Position numbers and translations under genes: made by a program. Source: Octopus sinensis (lineage: Eukaryota). From it: a stretch of DNA of 64,000 nt. The stretch covers positions 101,122,001 through 101,186,000 of the forward strand of contig NC_042999.1 of NCBI RefSeq assembly GCF_006345805.1, written 5' to 3'. Shown piece by piece: positions 51,472-64,000 of this stretch; within the stretch, counting starts at the first letter, position 1, and each line of letters opens with the position of its first letter. The notes below the pieces were generated by a model. That model was not told the DNA's origin. It saw nothing but the letters and a program-made list of their open reading frames with translations, and searched no databases.

Positions 51472-52590
51472 TCAGTATGGACATAATTCTCAAAGAAAAT
51501 TTATGTGCAAAGTGTGTAAAATTGAAAAATGTTATGCATGCAGTTGTTTCAAGCATAAATTTAATAAAATTCTGAGCACTTAACCATCACCAATTTAAAG
51601 AGTTCTTAGTAGAACTTGAATCAGAGTATGACTATCTGGTTTACTACTGTGTAATTGACTGGCTAAGCAAAGGAAAGATGCTTCAACAGTTTTATACCTT
51701 CAGAGAAGAGGTATGCACCTTCTTAGAAATGAAGAGTAAAGTTGTCCTCAAGCTGAAGTATAACAGGATTGGTAACCTTGCATAGATATCACTATCCATT
51801 TAAATTATCTTGAAACAAAACTTGAAATTTGAGGGAATCAACTCAGGATAAATGTCACTTTTCATTTCCCCACACTAGACAGTCACAGGGAGTCTGGACA
51901 CAATGGTTTTTCTGTGGAATTAAGGGAGTTAAAAAAAAAATGTGTAAACCAGATTTAAGGACTTCAAAGCTAGAGAAACTGATTTTAAATTTTGTGGGAA
52001 ACCATTTAATGTCAATGTTGAAAAAATAGTATGAAAGGAACAGCAAAGAGAAATACTTAAACTTATGATGAATTTAGTGGTAAAAATTTATTGACAAATG
52101 TTTACTGGAATGTTATGGAACTTTTCCTGAAGGAAACTACATGAAAATAGTGTGCTTTCCTAGAAATTATGTCTCTCTGTTTGGTATATGTGTTGTTTGT
52201 ATAAATGTGAACAACCTTTTACTAGAATGAAAATAATAGGTCAAAACTGATAGACATTTAACTCAAAAGACAACTTATGAGTTGCAACATTGAAAATATC
52301 TGTAAATATTGAAAATGTTGTGAAAAAATAAAAGTACAATAATGCTAAGCTTCTCACCAAATAATAAAATGTTTCTTGTCTGTATTTTGATGAACTGTGT
52401 TTCAGTCATTGTGAGAGTTTTAGTCAGACTATTTTCCTCATCTGTGTTGATCATTTTTGTTATCATCACATTTCAGTCATTATGCTCTGCACAACTTGTC
52501 TGGTCATGTTAATTTGCTTTTCAATTTCTTTTTCATGAAGTTGCTTCTCTTCAATCAGGTTACCATTTCCACCCTGGTACCATAATTTCA

Positions 52591-52811
52591 CCCTTTAGTA
52601 TTCAAATTATTTTGTCATATATATATGCTTATTTATTTCCATTGTTTTGAATTAATCAAGTGTTAGCCCATAAATTCAAAATTTCAATAATGCGGTTGAT
52701 TATTTTTAGAATTATATTGTAGCATAGGTGTGAGTGGCTGTATCTGGCCAGTTTAAACATAAAACAAGTAGAATATTTGGGCTGGATATGGCCAGTTTAA
52801 ATACTAAAGGC
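52591..52811. mobile_element. piggyBac-like MITE (same family as 181-394)
   Basis: CCCTTTAGTATT ... AATACTAAAGGC followed by TTAA. The internal sequence is collinear with 181-394. Confidence 0.7.
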
Positions 52812-52974
52812 TTAAAACTGTTTGACTAAACCAGACATAATGATTAAGTACAGTGTTTCTTGAATTTTAACTTTTCAAGAAAAGTAATGCTTTCAGTATT
52901 TAAATCACCGGTAATCATCACAAAGGAAGCTCATATGTATAAACATCTTTTGCTTTACAAATGGGAAACATTCA

Positions 52975-53210
52975 TCATTATCATTATCATCGTTTAACAT
53001 CCGCTTTCCATGCTGCCATGGGTTGGATGATTTGACTGAGGACTGGCAAGCCAGGAGGTTGCACCATGCTCCAATCTGACCTGGAAAGGTTTCTATAGCT
53101 GAATGCCCTTCATAATGCAAACCACTCCAAGAGTGTAGTGGGTGCTTTTTACATTCTACCAGTACGGGGAGGGGGCAGTCAGGCAGCACTAGCATTGACC
53201 ACGCTTGAAT
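52975..53210 (-). mobile_element. retroposon 3' part with GAT-repeat tail
   Basis: TCATCGTTTAACATCCGCTTTCCATGCTGCCATGGGTTGG...CACTCCAAGAGTGTAGTGGGTG is the reverse complement of 48360-48515. Confidence 0.75.
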
Positions 53211-53519
53211 GGCAATAAAAACTGAAGACAAAATTTTTTCTGTACCAAAAACAAGGCATGCATGCACACACACACACAGAATTTTGTGTGTGTGGGTGTG
53301 TATCTATCTATGTACAGAGGAGTAGAAAAAAGATATACTGTTAGTTTTGTTTATGGGTAATATTTTAGAATCATCACAGCAGAGTGCTGTGATGATTCCA
53401 AAATACAAGCTGTAAGGAACTATGTTTGATTTTTGCAGATAATAAAGGTGCATAGATTATGAATTTTGATTGAAGAGAGGGGGCCTTGAAACAAGAAGCT
53501 GCAGGGGCTTCTAAAAGTC

Positions 53520-53652
53520 ATGTGACAGCACTGCCTTCATCTATCACCTGGTTGACTATACAGGTGACTAGACTATAGCCTACACCACCAGATATTTTAA
53601 ACATCTCAGCAGTGATTCCTGATGGGCCAGGAGATTTCTGTGTCTTCATAAT
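53520..53652 (-). mobile_element. short RTE LINE RT fragment
   Basis: MKTQKSPGPSGITAEMFKISGGVGYSLVTCIVNQVIDEG matches the KAPGPSGI.AEM start of non-LTR RT. Confidence 0.75.
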
Positions 53653-53769
53653 GATTTTATTTTCTCTAAAGAAATATATTATTTCTTTTAGAAAAATATC
53701 TTTTACAATCAAATGAATAAATTAGAAACAAATCTTACTACTTTTATGTATATTTTCATATTGGTTTAA

Positions 53770-53974
53770 AATTTTTGCACAAGACCAGCAATTTTAGGGA
53801 TGGGGCTAGTTGATTACATCAACCCCCATGCTCAACTGGTACTTATTTTATTGACCCCAAAAGAATGAAAGGCAAAGTCAATCTTGACACAATTTGAACT
53901 CAGAACATAAAGACAGACAAAATACTACTAAGCATTTTGCCTGGCATGCTAACAATTATGCCAGCTCACCACCT
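53770..53974 (-). mobile_element. SINE family B, near full length
   Basis: Minus-strand head GGTGGTGAGCTGGCATAATTGTTAGCATGCCAGGC, with core shared with 58081-59170. Confidence 0.8.
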
Positions 53975-55993
53975 AATATACATTTTCATATTAACACTAT
54001 ATTTCAATGGTCAGATTGTTAAATGTGCACATGGATTAAAAAAAAATAGTTTTAGTAAAATTTTGATACATGGATTATAATATATTGATTTTTCAAGGGT
54101 TCATGTTTTTTCTTTCAATTGATTCATAATAAAGCATGGTAGAAGTGTGTGGTAATCTCACTATCATCTTTGATAGTATTATACCAAGACCTCAGTTTTT
54201 TAAATATAGATAAAAATCTAGAGTCTTTTCACAAAAGAAAAATATCAACTTTTCCCTATTTCTAAGGCAAATGCTTATACATATGGCCTCAAGTAGTGGA
54301 GATGGTGAGGCACCTCAAAATAATTTAGTAGTGCAGCTCACCTTATGATGAGCCCATATCGCATGTGGCCCACTGTTCAATAAAGGTTCTCTATGGCTGA
54401 TGTAGAGGCTTTCTCATTAGAATAAGGAGGTTTTTTAAAAAAAAAGAAACATTTTTTTTAATGCTTCCCTGCACTGAATGTACAAGATAGTGCTGTTAGG
54501 ATAGTGGTGTAGTTATTTTGCAGGTTGAGTGAGTGGGACTGATAGTACTGTTAGGATAATGTTATAGCAATGTTTTGTGTTCCTACTAAATATATATGTA
54601 TGTGTACCAATATAAATATATATGTATGAATGTATGTATGCATCTATGCATATAAAGTAGAGAGAGAGAGAGAAAGAGATGGATGCATATATACATATAT
54701 TACTTACATTACTTCAAATGCAAGAGCTAGATTTTTCAGTTCAGTGTATAGACTTTTTGTCATTTTAAATGATTATAACATAAAACAACAGAACCATATG
54801 AATTCAATTATATAACTACATAAAAATGGCCATGCAGTTCGTCAACTGCATTTCCATCATTAAAATGTTCAGAATGTTTTCTAATAGAATATTCTATACA
54901 ACCACTTTTTTTACACATTTCTTTTGACTTGCTGGTTTTATTAATGTATGTATACTCCTCTTTTGTTATATTCTATTAGCATTTAAAATAACAAGAAAAA
55001 TGTAAGCACTCTCCTAAACATCAAATGTTTTGATAATTGTGGATTAGCTAAGATATGTTTTGCATCCAAAAATGTTTGGCAATTGCAATCGCGTAATGAT
55101 AGAGTACCTACCTTGTTCTTTTATGGTAACAGAATATATCTGCATATGACCTATGATAGTAGATAAATAGCTGTTGCTTTAATGCAACAGACTGAAACTG
55201 CTTTATAGCAGCATTGGAGTAGATATTTGAGTAGCTTACTTAGTTCAACATGAATTAATGCTAAGGATTATTAATTGTACATGCACCAGTGAATATGACT
55301 GAACTGCCTGCAAACTTCTTCAAGCATTTTAACAAAGAATGCTCTCATCTGTTCCTCAAAATTATAGACATTGTTCAGACATAAAAATCTGTGCTAATTT
55401 AAAAACTCAAAGAATTATGTCACAAAATTCACTCATGTATAATTAGAAGAAGAAGTTGTAATTCCAGCAACAATTCTTTGATAACAATTTCAGAATGCAA
55501 CTGAGGAATTTTGATGCAGATATACTTGAAGTTCATTCAACTGGTAAGAAATATTTTCACCAAAATTATTAGCACCCAACAGGTAGTAGAATATACTGAA
55601 TGAACATTTTTTTCAGACCATTAGTGAGATCTCTTTGCTGAAGACAGACACAAGATATTAAATGAAGATTCAATGGTTTATAATGGAGATAGAACTGCAG
55701 ATTTTGGAGTATAATTTGTACTCATTAAATATTAACATAATATAATATGCATATTGATAGTGCTGTATAAAGAGTGTATTTGCAATAATTGTATGATTTA
55801 TAAATCAAAATTAATAGTAAACTGATTATTTCATTCAATTTTTATATTTCAGTCAATGTAATTGTGATGAGAAATGCCTGATATATTGATAGAATAGAGA
55901 TAAATGTGAGGTACTAAAGAATTTTGTGCTAAGCCTAAGCAGAATCCTTCACTACTGACAGTTTTTGGTCATATTGCCCAACTTAGAACAACA

Positions 55994-56603
55994 TCTCTTA
56001 TATAAAATCCGTTGTCTGTCTGTGTGCCTTCTCGGATCTCGGGTATCCTCCATCCGATTGCACTCAAATTTGATATGTAGATACCGATGGTATCAGGGTG
56101 TGTATAAGTCTTGAAAAAAATTACAAAAATCGATTTCGGGTGAGAATGCAATCGATAAAGCCGTTTTTGTCCTGCTTTTCTTCCGTCAACCTATACATAA
56201 CTGAACCTTCCATTTTTTTGTTGTTTTTGTACTGCTTAAAGGCATGTTTCTTTCCTGCAAAGCTTACTGTTTAAACCATGTTTGTGTTCTCCCAGTCAAT
56301 AGCCTTATCATTACTGGTACTTTAAACTCTTCCGTTGCATGTTTGTGTGAATAAAATAATTTTTCTTTGGAATAGAAAAAAGTCTATCTTTATTTCTTCT
56401 TTTGCTGGTGTCTTAAATTTAGGTATTCATTATATACACATCCTGAGCCAAATCCAAATAAATCCCATTCATATTAAATTCTATATATAAAGCTGTTGAG
56501 CGATATCACCAAATCTAGATAAGAATACCAATTATTTACAAGTATTACTCTTAAAATGATTTGAATTTAGCACTCCAATCACACTCTGGCTCCAGTTTTC
56601 TAG
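55994..56603 (+). mobile_element. non-autonomous Helitron-like element (5' end clear, 3' end tentative)
   Basis: A|TCTCTTATATAAAATCCGTTGTCTGTCTGTGTG resembles the 5' end at 38823, and the CpG-rich body follows. A possible CTAG|T end lies at 56600-56604. Confidence 0.5.
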
Positions 56604-58080
56604 TGGCTAGGTATAGCCTCTCATACTAGCTGATTTCATCTATATGTTTAGGCCTCTCAGCATTAATTCTCTTAGCAACAGACTTTGAGAAATTATAAAA
56701 TATGAGTCATAACCCTTTAGCAAGCAGGTCTCAGTAAATCATGATATTGGAAGTCAAGCTAGTAAAATATTATAGATTTTTCTTGTTTGGAAAATATGAA
56801 TGAAAGAAAAGTAGAAAAGACAAAACAGAAAAGGATAAATATTTTCTAGAATGGAAATTAGAATTTTCAAAAGTAATCATTTATGTCAAAACTAGTATTT
56901 CCTCAAGTATTGAGAAGTGTTATGCTCAATTAGCCATGCTAAATTTTTATGTACTTGAATTCCTATTAACATTTTATTTAGATATATTTTCAATAAAATC
57001 TCACAAATGGTAAGGCTTCTTCAAAATTCCTGAATGATGATCTATGTAAATCTAATACCTTACTTAATTTGTAAAATGTAAAAACAAAAAGGGGTTGATA
57101 AGCAAAGACTCAACCAATCCCAGTTACAAAACAAGATAGCAAAAGTGGGAAAACAACTTATTGATATTTGCAATGTTATTCAAGGTTGATTTCCATTTAT
57201 AGTATGAGGGAGAAAGGAAAAGGAATGGCCAAACAATTCCATTATCAATATCTTCATCATTGTTGCTGCCACAATCAACAAGTTTTATACATCAAGCCAA
57301 CAACAGAGCAACAAGATGGTTAATCAACCCGCATGAAATAACAGCCAAATTTCTCTTAAATAACACCCAACTGTTTTTACAAAGGAAGGATCATTGGATA
57401 ATGCTGCTCAAGATAAACAAAGTCAAAAAAACAAATACAAGATGCGGAGAACCCTTTGATCAAAGGCCAGCTTGATCACACTTAACCTAGGATTAAAGAA
57501 CATCAACAATTCTTATAGAGCTGGCATATCTAAAGTCCAGTTTCCTTGTCAGCCTACCAGAAATCTGATGAGTCATGCATATATTGCTTGAATTAGCAGT
57601 TAGTACTCAGTTCTCATTGACTTTCTTCAAAGAAACTGATAGTATTTTTCTGTTCCAAATTACTGACTAACAAGTTCTTAGATTTTTTCTATACTGTCTT
57701 TTAAGTTAGATGACACATTGTAGACTTCTGGGATTGATATAAGAAATTTTAGTAAGTAACAAATACTTGCTTTATGATCTTTCATTCCCTACATCACAAT
57801 TTTTGTTCAAATTGATGAGCAGTTAATTTTGTCTTTCTTCCTTCCAGAATTACTGAATGAAGTACTACAGTTATTTGAAGAACTAACAGAAGTATTGTTT
57901 TGCTTGCAGAGATTTTGTGCTTATTATAAAAAATATATAAATGAAATAAAAAATACTGCTAAACAATTTTATTATTCCATGATCAAAAAATACTACTTGC
58001 AGCACTCCGAAAAATTGATTCCCAACTTTCTCTGGAATTTTTTTTTTTTTTTTTTTTTTTTTTTGAAATGATAATAATAA

Positions 58081-59170
58081 TACTTTCTACTAAAGGCACA
58101 AGGGCCGAAATTTGGGGGAAGGAAACCAGTCAATTATATCAACCCCAGTGTTCCTGGTACTTAATTTATCGACCCCGAAAGGAAGAAAGGCAAAGTCAAC
58201 CTCAGCAGAATTTGAACTCAGAATGTAAGGATGGGCAAAATGGCACTAAGCATTTTGCCCAGTGTGCTAACAATTTGCCAGTTCACCATATTATTATTAT
58301 TATTATTATTAATAATAATAACAATAATAATAATGATAATAGTAATAATAATAATAATAATAATAATCCTTTCTACTACAGGCACAAGGCCTGAAATTTT
58401 GGGGGAGGGGTTAAGTCAATTACATCAATTCCAGTACTCAACTGGTACTTAATTTCTCAACCCCAAAAGGATGAAAAGCAAAGTCGACCTCAGCAGAATT
58501 TGAACCCAGAACACAGAGACAAAATACCCATTTCTTTACTACCCACAAGAGACTAAACACAGAGGGAACAAACAAGGACAGACAAATGGATTAAGTCGAT
58601 TACATCAACCCCAGTGCGTAACTGGTACTTATTTAATTGACCCCCGAAAGGATGAAAGGCAAAGTCAACCTCGGCGGGATTTGAACTCAGAACGTAACGG
58701 CAGACGAAATACCACTAAGCATTTCACCCAGCAAAATAACAATCATAACAATGATGATGATGATGATGATGATGATTTTAAATTAATTTTGGTGCAATTT
58801 TAAATTAATTTTGGTGAGATTATGGGAGAGGGCGTAAATCGATTACATTGACCCCAGTGTTCAACTGGCACTTATTTTACTGCTCCCAAAAGGGTGATAG
58901 TTAAAGCTGACCTTGGTGGAATTTGAACTCAGAATGTGAATAATGATAATAATAATAATAATACTTTCAAATTTTGGCATAAGGCCAGCAATTTCAAGTG
59001 AGGGAATAGGGAACTTGATTATTTCAACTCCAGTATTCAACTGGTACTTATTTTATTGGCCATGCAAGGATGAAAGGCAAAGTTGTCCTCAGCAGGATTT
59101 GAACTCAGAGTGTAAGAAGATACAAAAATACCGCTAAGCATTTTGATGGATATGCTAATGGTTTTGCCAA
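58081..59170 (-). mobile_element. stack of five same-orientation family-B SINE copies separated by (AAT)n/(GAT)n
   Basis: The shared core CTGGTACTTA...GAAAGGCAAAGTC...ATTTGAACTCAGAA recurs in copies at about 58081-58289, 58366-58520, 58525-58732, 58775-58938 and 58961-59170. Confidence 0.85.
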
Positions 59171-59194
59171 TAATAACAAAAAATAACAAATAAA

Positions 59195-59935
59195 TGGAAA
59201 ATATGTGACCCATCACAAACAAACTGATATTGACCATGAGTATAGCCATCATTGGCCACAAAGCTCAGGGCTAAAGGTAGAGAGTTAAAGCTTCATCTTA
59301 CCTACTCAAGATCAAAGCTTATTGACGTAGGACTATCAAGCCAATGTGATGAAAAATGGAATAGATCCAAAGTTCCGATTCTACAATGATGGGATTCAAA
59401 CAGTGGACAACTTAATCTCTTGATGTCAAGTTTTAGCACCAGTAGAGTATAAATCAAGACATGACAGAATTTACCAATATCTACACTGGTTAATATGTCA
59501 GCATTATAAAATCAAAATATTGACAAGTGGTTATAAACATCACCCTTGGTTGTAACTCAGGAAGAAAATGTAATGGTTCTTTAGAACCTTCTAGTACATA
59601 TAGACAGAAATATCAAAACTAATGAACCTGAGAGTGTTGTAAAAAACTGATATAATGAAATCTTTTTCATTGACATGAAAATCCTTTGTGATCATATTGC
59701 ATCAAAAGAATTTGACAAGCTCAAAAATTATAAAGATTTGCTTACTGAAATTGAAAAAATATGGCATCTCAAAGTGGTTACAATACCAGTGATTGTAGGA
59801 GCATTTGGAACGATAAGAAAAGAAACTGAAAATTATTTGAGAATGTTCCCTAGCTTACCATCCCTGAAAGAAGAGAAAAAGTTTCTTTTAACTGGTACAT
59901 CACATGTATGGAGAAGAGCATTGTTGCCGTGAGAA
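59195..59935 (+). mobile_element. degenerate 3' part of a second HERO/NeSL-like REL non-LTR retrotransposon
   Basis: AQDQSLLT-like segment, YQANVMKNGIDPK, EYKSRHDRIYQYLHWLICQHYKIK, and ORF 59675-59932 KEFDKLKNYKDLLTEIEKIWHLKVVTIPVIVGAFG...LLTGTSHVWRRAL. Confidence 0.8.
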
Positions 59936-60179
59936 TGATCACCTTCCATGCAAATAATTTTGTTCTGCATAACTTTGATTTTGCAAATGAACAATCTGAT
60001 ATGTTTATTTTAATAGCCTGTTAATGTATGCAGTGAGTTTCTTTGCCCTAAACATCAAGAAAAATACTAAGCAAGGAACGGAAACAAAATTGGAGGAGGA
60101 GGAGGAGGAAAAAGAAGAAGAAGAAGAAGACGATGACGCTGCCGCCGATGATTGCTCTGATGCAGTACCAGGCACTGAC

Positions 60180-61010
60180 TCTCATGACAAATTTGCCTGC
60201 ATTAAATTGCATGTTGGTTTCCTCAGCCCATTTATATATGGCATCTAGGTCTTTCTGTAGAAGATTAGCTTGTACTACTTGGCTGCTTGTACTACTTTTG
60301 TGCCAGCATAGCTAGTAAGTGTGGCTATCTGTGTAACTGATGGCATGTCTGAAAGAGCCACCATGAACAGTAGTGACCCCAATACAGTTCCCTGAGGCAC
60401 TCCACTTTCTATTAATGTCTCTGTTGAGAGGTCTCCGTTGGCTGCTACAGCCTAGCTTCTGTCTTCTAAAAAGTCATGCAACCACTCTCCAATTTTTCTA
60501 GGTATGCCGAGTCTCCGTAGTTTGTGACATATCATCCCATGATCAACCTTATCAAAGGCCTTTGCAAAGTCAAGATATATCACATCTACACTTGAGTGAT
60601 TCATTAATTATATCAACACCCAGTCATAGTGTTGCAAAGGCTGCATAAGACAGCTTCTGCGTGAGCGAAAGCCATGCTGGTTGTCAGGAAGCAAGTCATT
60701 ATCTTCAAGGAATGCAATTAGTTTCCTCCTGACAATGCATTCCACGACTTTGCTGATATGGGAAGTTAGAGAGACAGGTCTATAATTTTTGGCATCTGCT
60801 CTGCTTCCTCCTTTATGCTTAGGGCATACAATGCCTTCCTTTAAATTTTTGGAAAGTCTCCCTGTTGTGAGGAAGCTCTGAAAGAGAATTTGAAGTGGTC
60901 TAGCTAAGTCCCGTTTGCATTTCTTTACGAGGATTGCTGGAAATCTGTCAGGGCCTGTTGCTGAGTTTGAGCTCATATCATCAATGGCTGATATCACATC
61001 AGTTTCCACT
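60180..61010 (-). mobile_element. CR1-group LINE reverse transcriptase fragment
   Basis: SATGPDRFP...NYRPVSLTSHISKVVE...NQHGFRSRRSC (60608-61009), then VIYLDFAKAFDKVDH, SGVPQGTVLGSLLF, YAGTK (decayed YADD) and LQKDLDAIYKWAE. Confidence 0.9.
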
Positions 61011-61014
61011 GATT

Positions 61015-61128
61015 GCTTATTTTTAGAATAACATTGTAGGTTAGGTGTGAATAGCTGGATCTGGCCAGTTTCAATATAATACAGGTAAAATATTTGGGCT
61101 GGATATGGTTGGTTTAAATGCTAAAGGG
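61015..61128. mobile_element. truncated piggyBac-like MITE
   Basis: The right half of the 181-394 family, ending AATGCTAAAGGG|TTAA. The left half is replaced by the CR1 fragment. Confidence 0.7.
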
Positions 61129-62189
61129 TTAAACTCAAAGGGAGCTACGTAGATCAAATTCTGAATTCAGCAGAAAAGAGTAAAACACATCAAAATGCAA
61201 TGTTTAAAATCAGAATTTCAATTTTATCAATTTCTTTATTTTATAATGTTATGGTATTTAAAGAGAAAATTTGACAATAATTACTCTTGTAATTTAATCA
61301 CTGAAGTCTTTGAATTTTATCTAAATATTGTTTTCATTATCAGTTAGCAGAAGGTCAAGCCCAATTGAGAAGACCAACAATTATTGGCATGTCACCATAA
61401 CCAACTTGTCTATTTATGTATCCAGAATACACTGTTCTATATGACTTGCCATTTTATGAGAAAATACAGTGTGATTTGAGGAAGATTTCACTGCTATTTT
61501 TAGTAAGTCAAGTAAGTATATAGTCTCCTTCTCTGGCTGCCAACATTACATCATTGTTTACCTTAGAGTAGAGAAAATATAAAGCTTTTACAATCATTTC
61601 TATGCAAGAGACAAATTTAATTCTTCAATCCTTAAGTATGGTTCCCAGTCTTATTGTTAGATAAAAAGTATAGAAAAGCTAACATTAATAGAAAATAATA
61701 TCATCTAAGAAATTTACTTTCCAAACATTTTTTCAATCAGAGGCCAGAATAATAATAATAACAACAGCAGCAGCAACAGCAACAAAGGTTGTAAATGATG
61801 TGCAGTAAATAGGAAAAAATAACTAAGAGCATAAAGATGCTGAAATTTTAAGATTTATTATCTTATATTCATGTACTTCTGTGTGTAGTAATTTCATTTG
61901 TAGTGTATCTTTCTCCCAAAGTAACTTGGTTCAGTGAGGACACATTCCATATGTCCAAGAAATAAATGCAAATAACTTTTGTGAAAAATAATACAGAATC
62001 ATACAGAAAAACATAATAGACAAGCATTGAAAGGAACTTATCAACAACAGAATCATTAAAAAAAACATCTATGTTTGAAAACACAAATATTTTTCAGTTG
62101 TAGTATCCATTCACCACCCAAATAACAACATTGTTGCTAATAAATATGGTGTGTGTGTGTATGAGTCGCTCTCTATCTCTCTCTCTCGC

Positions 62190-62192
62190 TAT

Positions 62193-62234
<42 letters not shown>

Positions 62235-62242
62235 CATACATA
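62190..62242. repeat. (AT)n microsatellite
   Basis: Directly visible. Confidence 0.9.
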
Positions 62243-62570
62243 CAGCTTTACCATTTTTTCCAAATATTGTGTTCTCTGTACATTACAGAATATTTTGATT
62301 TTTATCTTGAGTTTATCCCTCTATTGTATGTAGCATCCAAAAAAATGTTTTTCTAACTATACATTTTATTTGTGAGATGGTAATTTTCTGTATAGTTTCA
62401 TCATTGATGTCTTTATTGACAAGTAATTGCCAGGAAATATAAGAGATGTTTAAGTGGCAAACACTCAAACTGACATCTACTAGTGAAAAGAGTAAAAGAT
62501 GTCACTGTGTCACTAACTTCTGCACTTGAGCGCACATGATGATTACACACAAGGAGCCTGAGAAGAGACT

Positions 62571-62604
62571 GACTAGTTTCAGCTAGTTATATCCACCTCA
62601 TCAG
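62571..62604 (-). ncRNA. hammerhead ribozyme-like core
   Basis: Minus strand: CTGATGA-GGTGGATATAACTAGCT-GAAAC-TA-GTC, with both core motifs, a palindromic ACTAGT helix III and a GUC triplet. Helix II is imperfect and helix I is not evident. Confidence 0.45.
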
Positions 62605-62834
62605 ATATGTGCAGTTATGTTTGACCTCCAAAGGGAGGAAACAGCTTAAGGATTACTTATAAAATATGCAATGAGTAACAGGCTCCAATTTTATCATCTG
62701 CACATTAGTGCATTCACTGATTAAAAAAAAAAGGATAAAGACCCTTCCTAAGTCATACTGACGCATAGGGCTAGTTTCCTGGTATCCATGGTGCATATAA
62801 ACCCTTCTAGACAGGATGCTAGTCTGTCACAGTA

Positions 62835-63607
<773 letters not shown>

Positions 63608-63631
63608 TTCCAATGCCTATTATTCATTCTT

Positions 63632-63765
63632 TCCAGCTGAGGGGACAGGAGCAACATGAAATGAAGTGTTTTGCTCAAGAACACAATCCATCACCCAGTC
63701 CAGGAATCAAAATCATAATCTTACAATCATGAGTCCAATACCCTAACCACTAAGCCATGCACCTC
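63632..63765 (-). mobile_element. SINE family C head
   Basis: Minus strand GGTGCATGGCTTAGTGGTTAGGG...TGTGTTCTTGAGCAAAACACTTC matches 35651-35770. Confidence 0.75.
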
Positions 63766-64000
63766 AATACATTCACTGAGAATGTGTATTAATGACCAAA
63801 GTAAAATACTGAGACAGTGGTGAGTGGATAACTATAAGTGAATGCATATACATAAGCTGAATAAACATACATTCAGCTTAGCTGTCTAAATAGACCTTGT
63901 GGTTAAACCACAGACAAGCTCAAGTAGTTCCTGACTTGCAAGAAATATCCATTCAAGTTCCCTATTCAGAAAAGGCAAGAAAGCAATACATTGCGAAAAA

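Larger units (their letters stand above)
50465..52340 (+). pseudogene. degraded hAT-superfamily transposase (GTF2IRD2/EPM2AIP1/SPIN-like)
   Basis: Fragments ICLICYES..FKEFNIKHHY (BED finger), ELVKECPLAVVELLCPEK, FSLAIDESTDKSDLAQLLIFI, ENLCAKCVKLKNVMHAVV and ALNHHQFKEFLVELESEY..LVYY..IDWLSKGKMLQQF. Interrupted at about 51105-51483. Confidence 0.9.

Overview
This is AT-rich, microsatellite-rich eukaryotic DNA. The SINE, MITE and Helitron families and the simple-repeat load suggest an octopod cephalopod, probably Octopus (inference from recalled repeat families, no database search). The only host coding sequence I can support is a 129-bp minus-strand exon (7244-7372) of a TULP4/Tusp orthologue (WD40 region). 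I found neither the preceding nor the following coding exon, so the window appears to be almost entirely TULP4 intron. That intron is filled with decayed mobile DNA: two Gypsy LTR relics, RTE, CR1-like and HERO/NeSL-like non-LTR fragments, a Penelope-like fragment nested in a hAT transposase relic, an internally deleted mariner, Helitron pieces, piggyBac-like MITEs, at least four tRNA-derived SINE families and many microsatellites. Most listed ORFs are repeat artefacts. No complete new gene system is evident. The best leads are RNA-structure signals on the transcribed strand: two hammerhead-ribozyme-like motifs (51166-51214 decayed; 62571-62604 with an intact core), a 23-bp fold-back hairpin made inside an RTE relic (21415-21465), a perfect 37-bp inverted compound microsatellite beside the exon, and a young amplified SINE-derived array with recurring hairpins (47152-48535). 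Boundaries of decayed elements are approximate.
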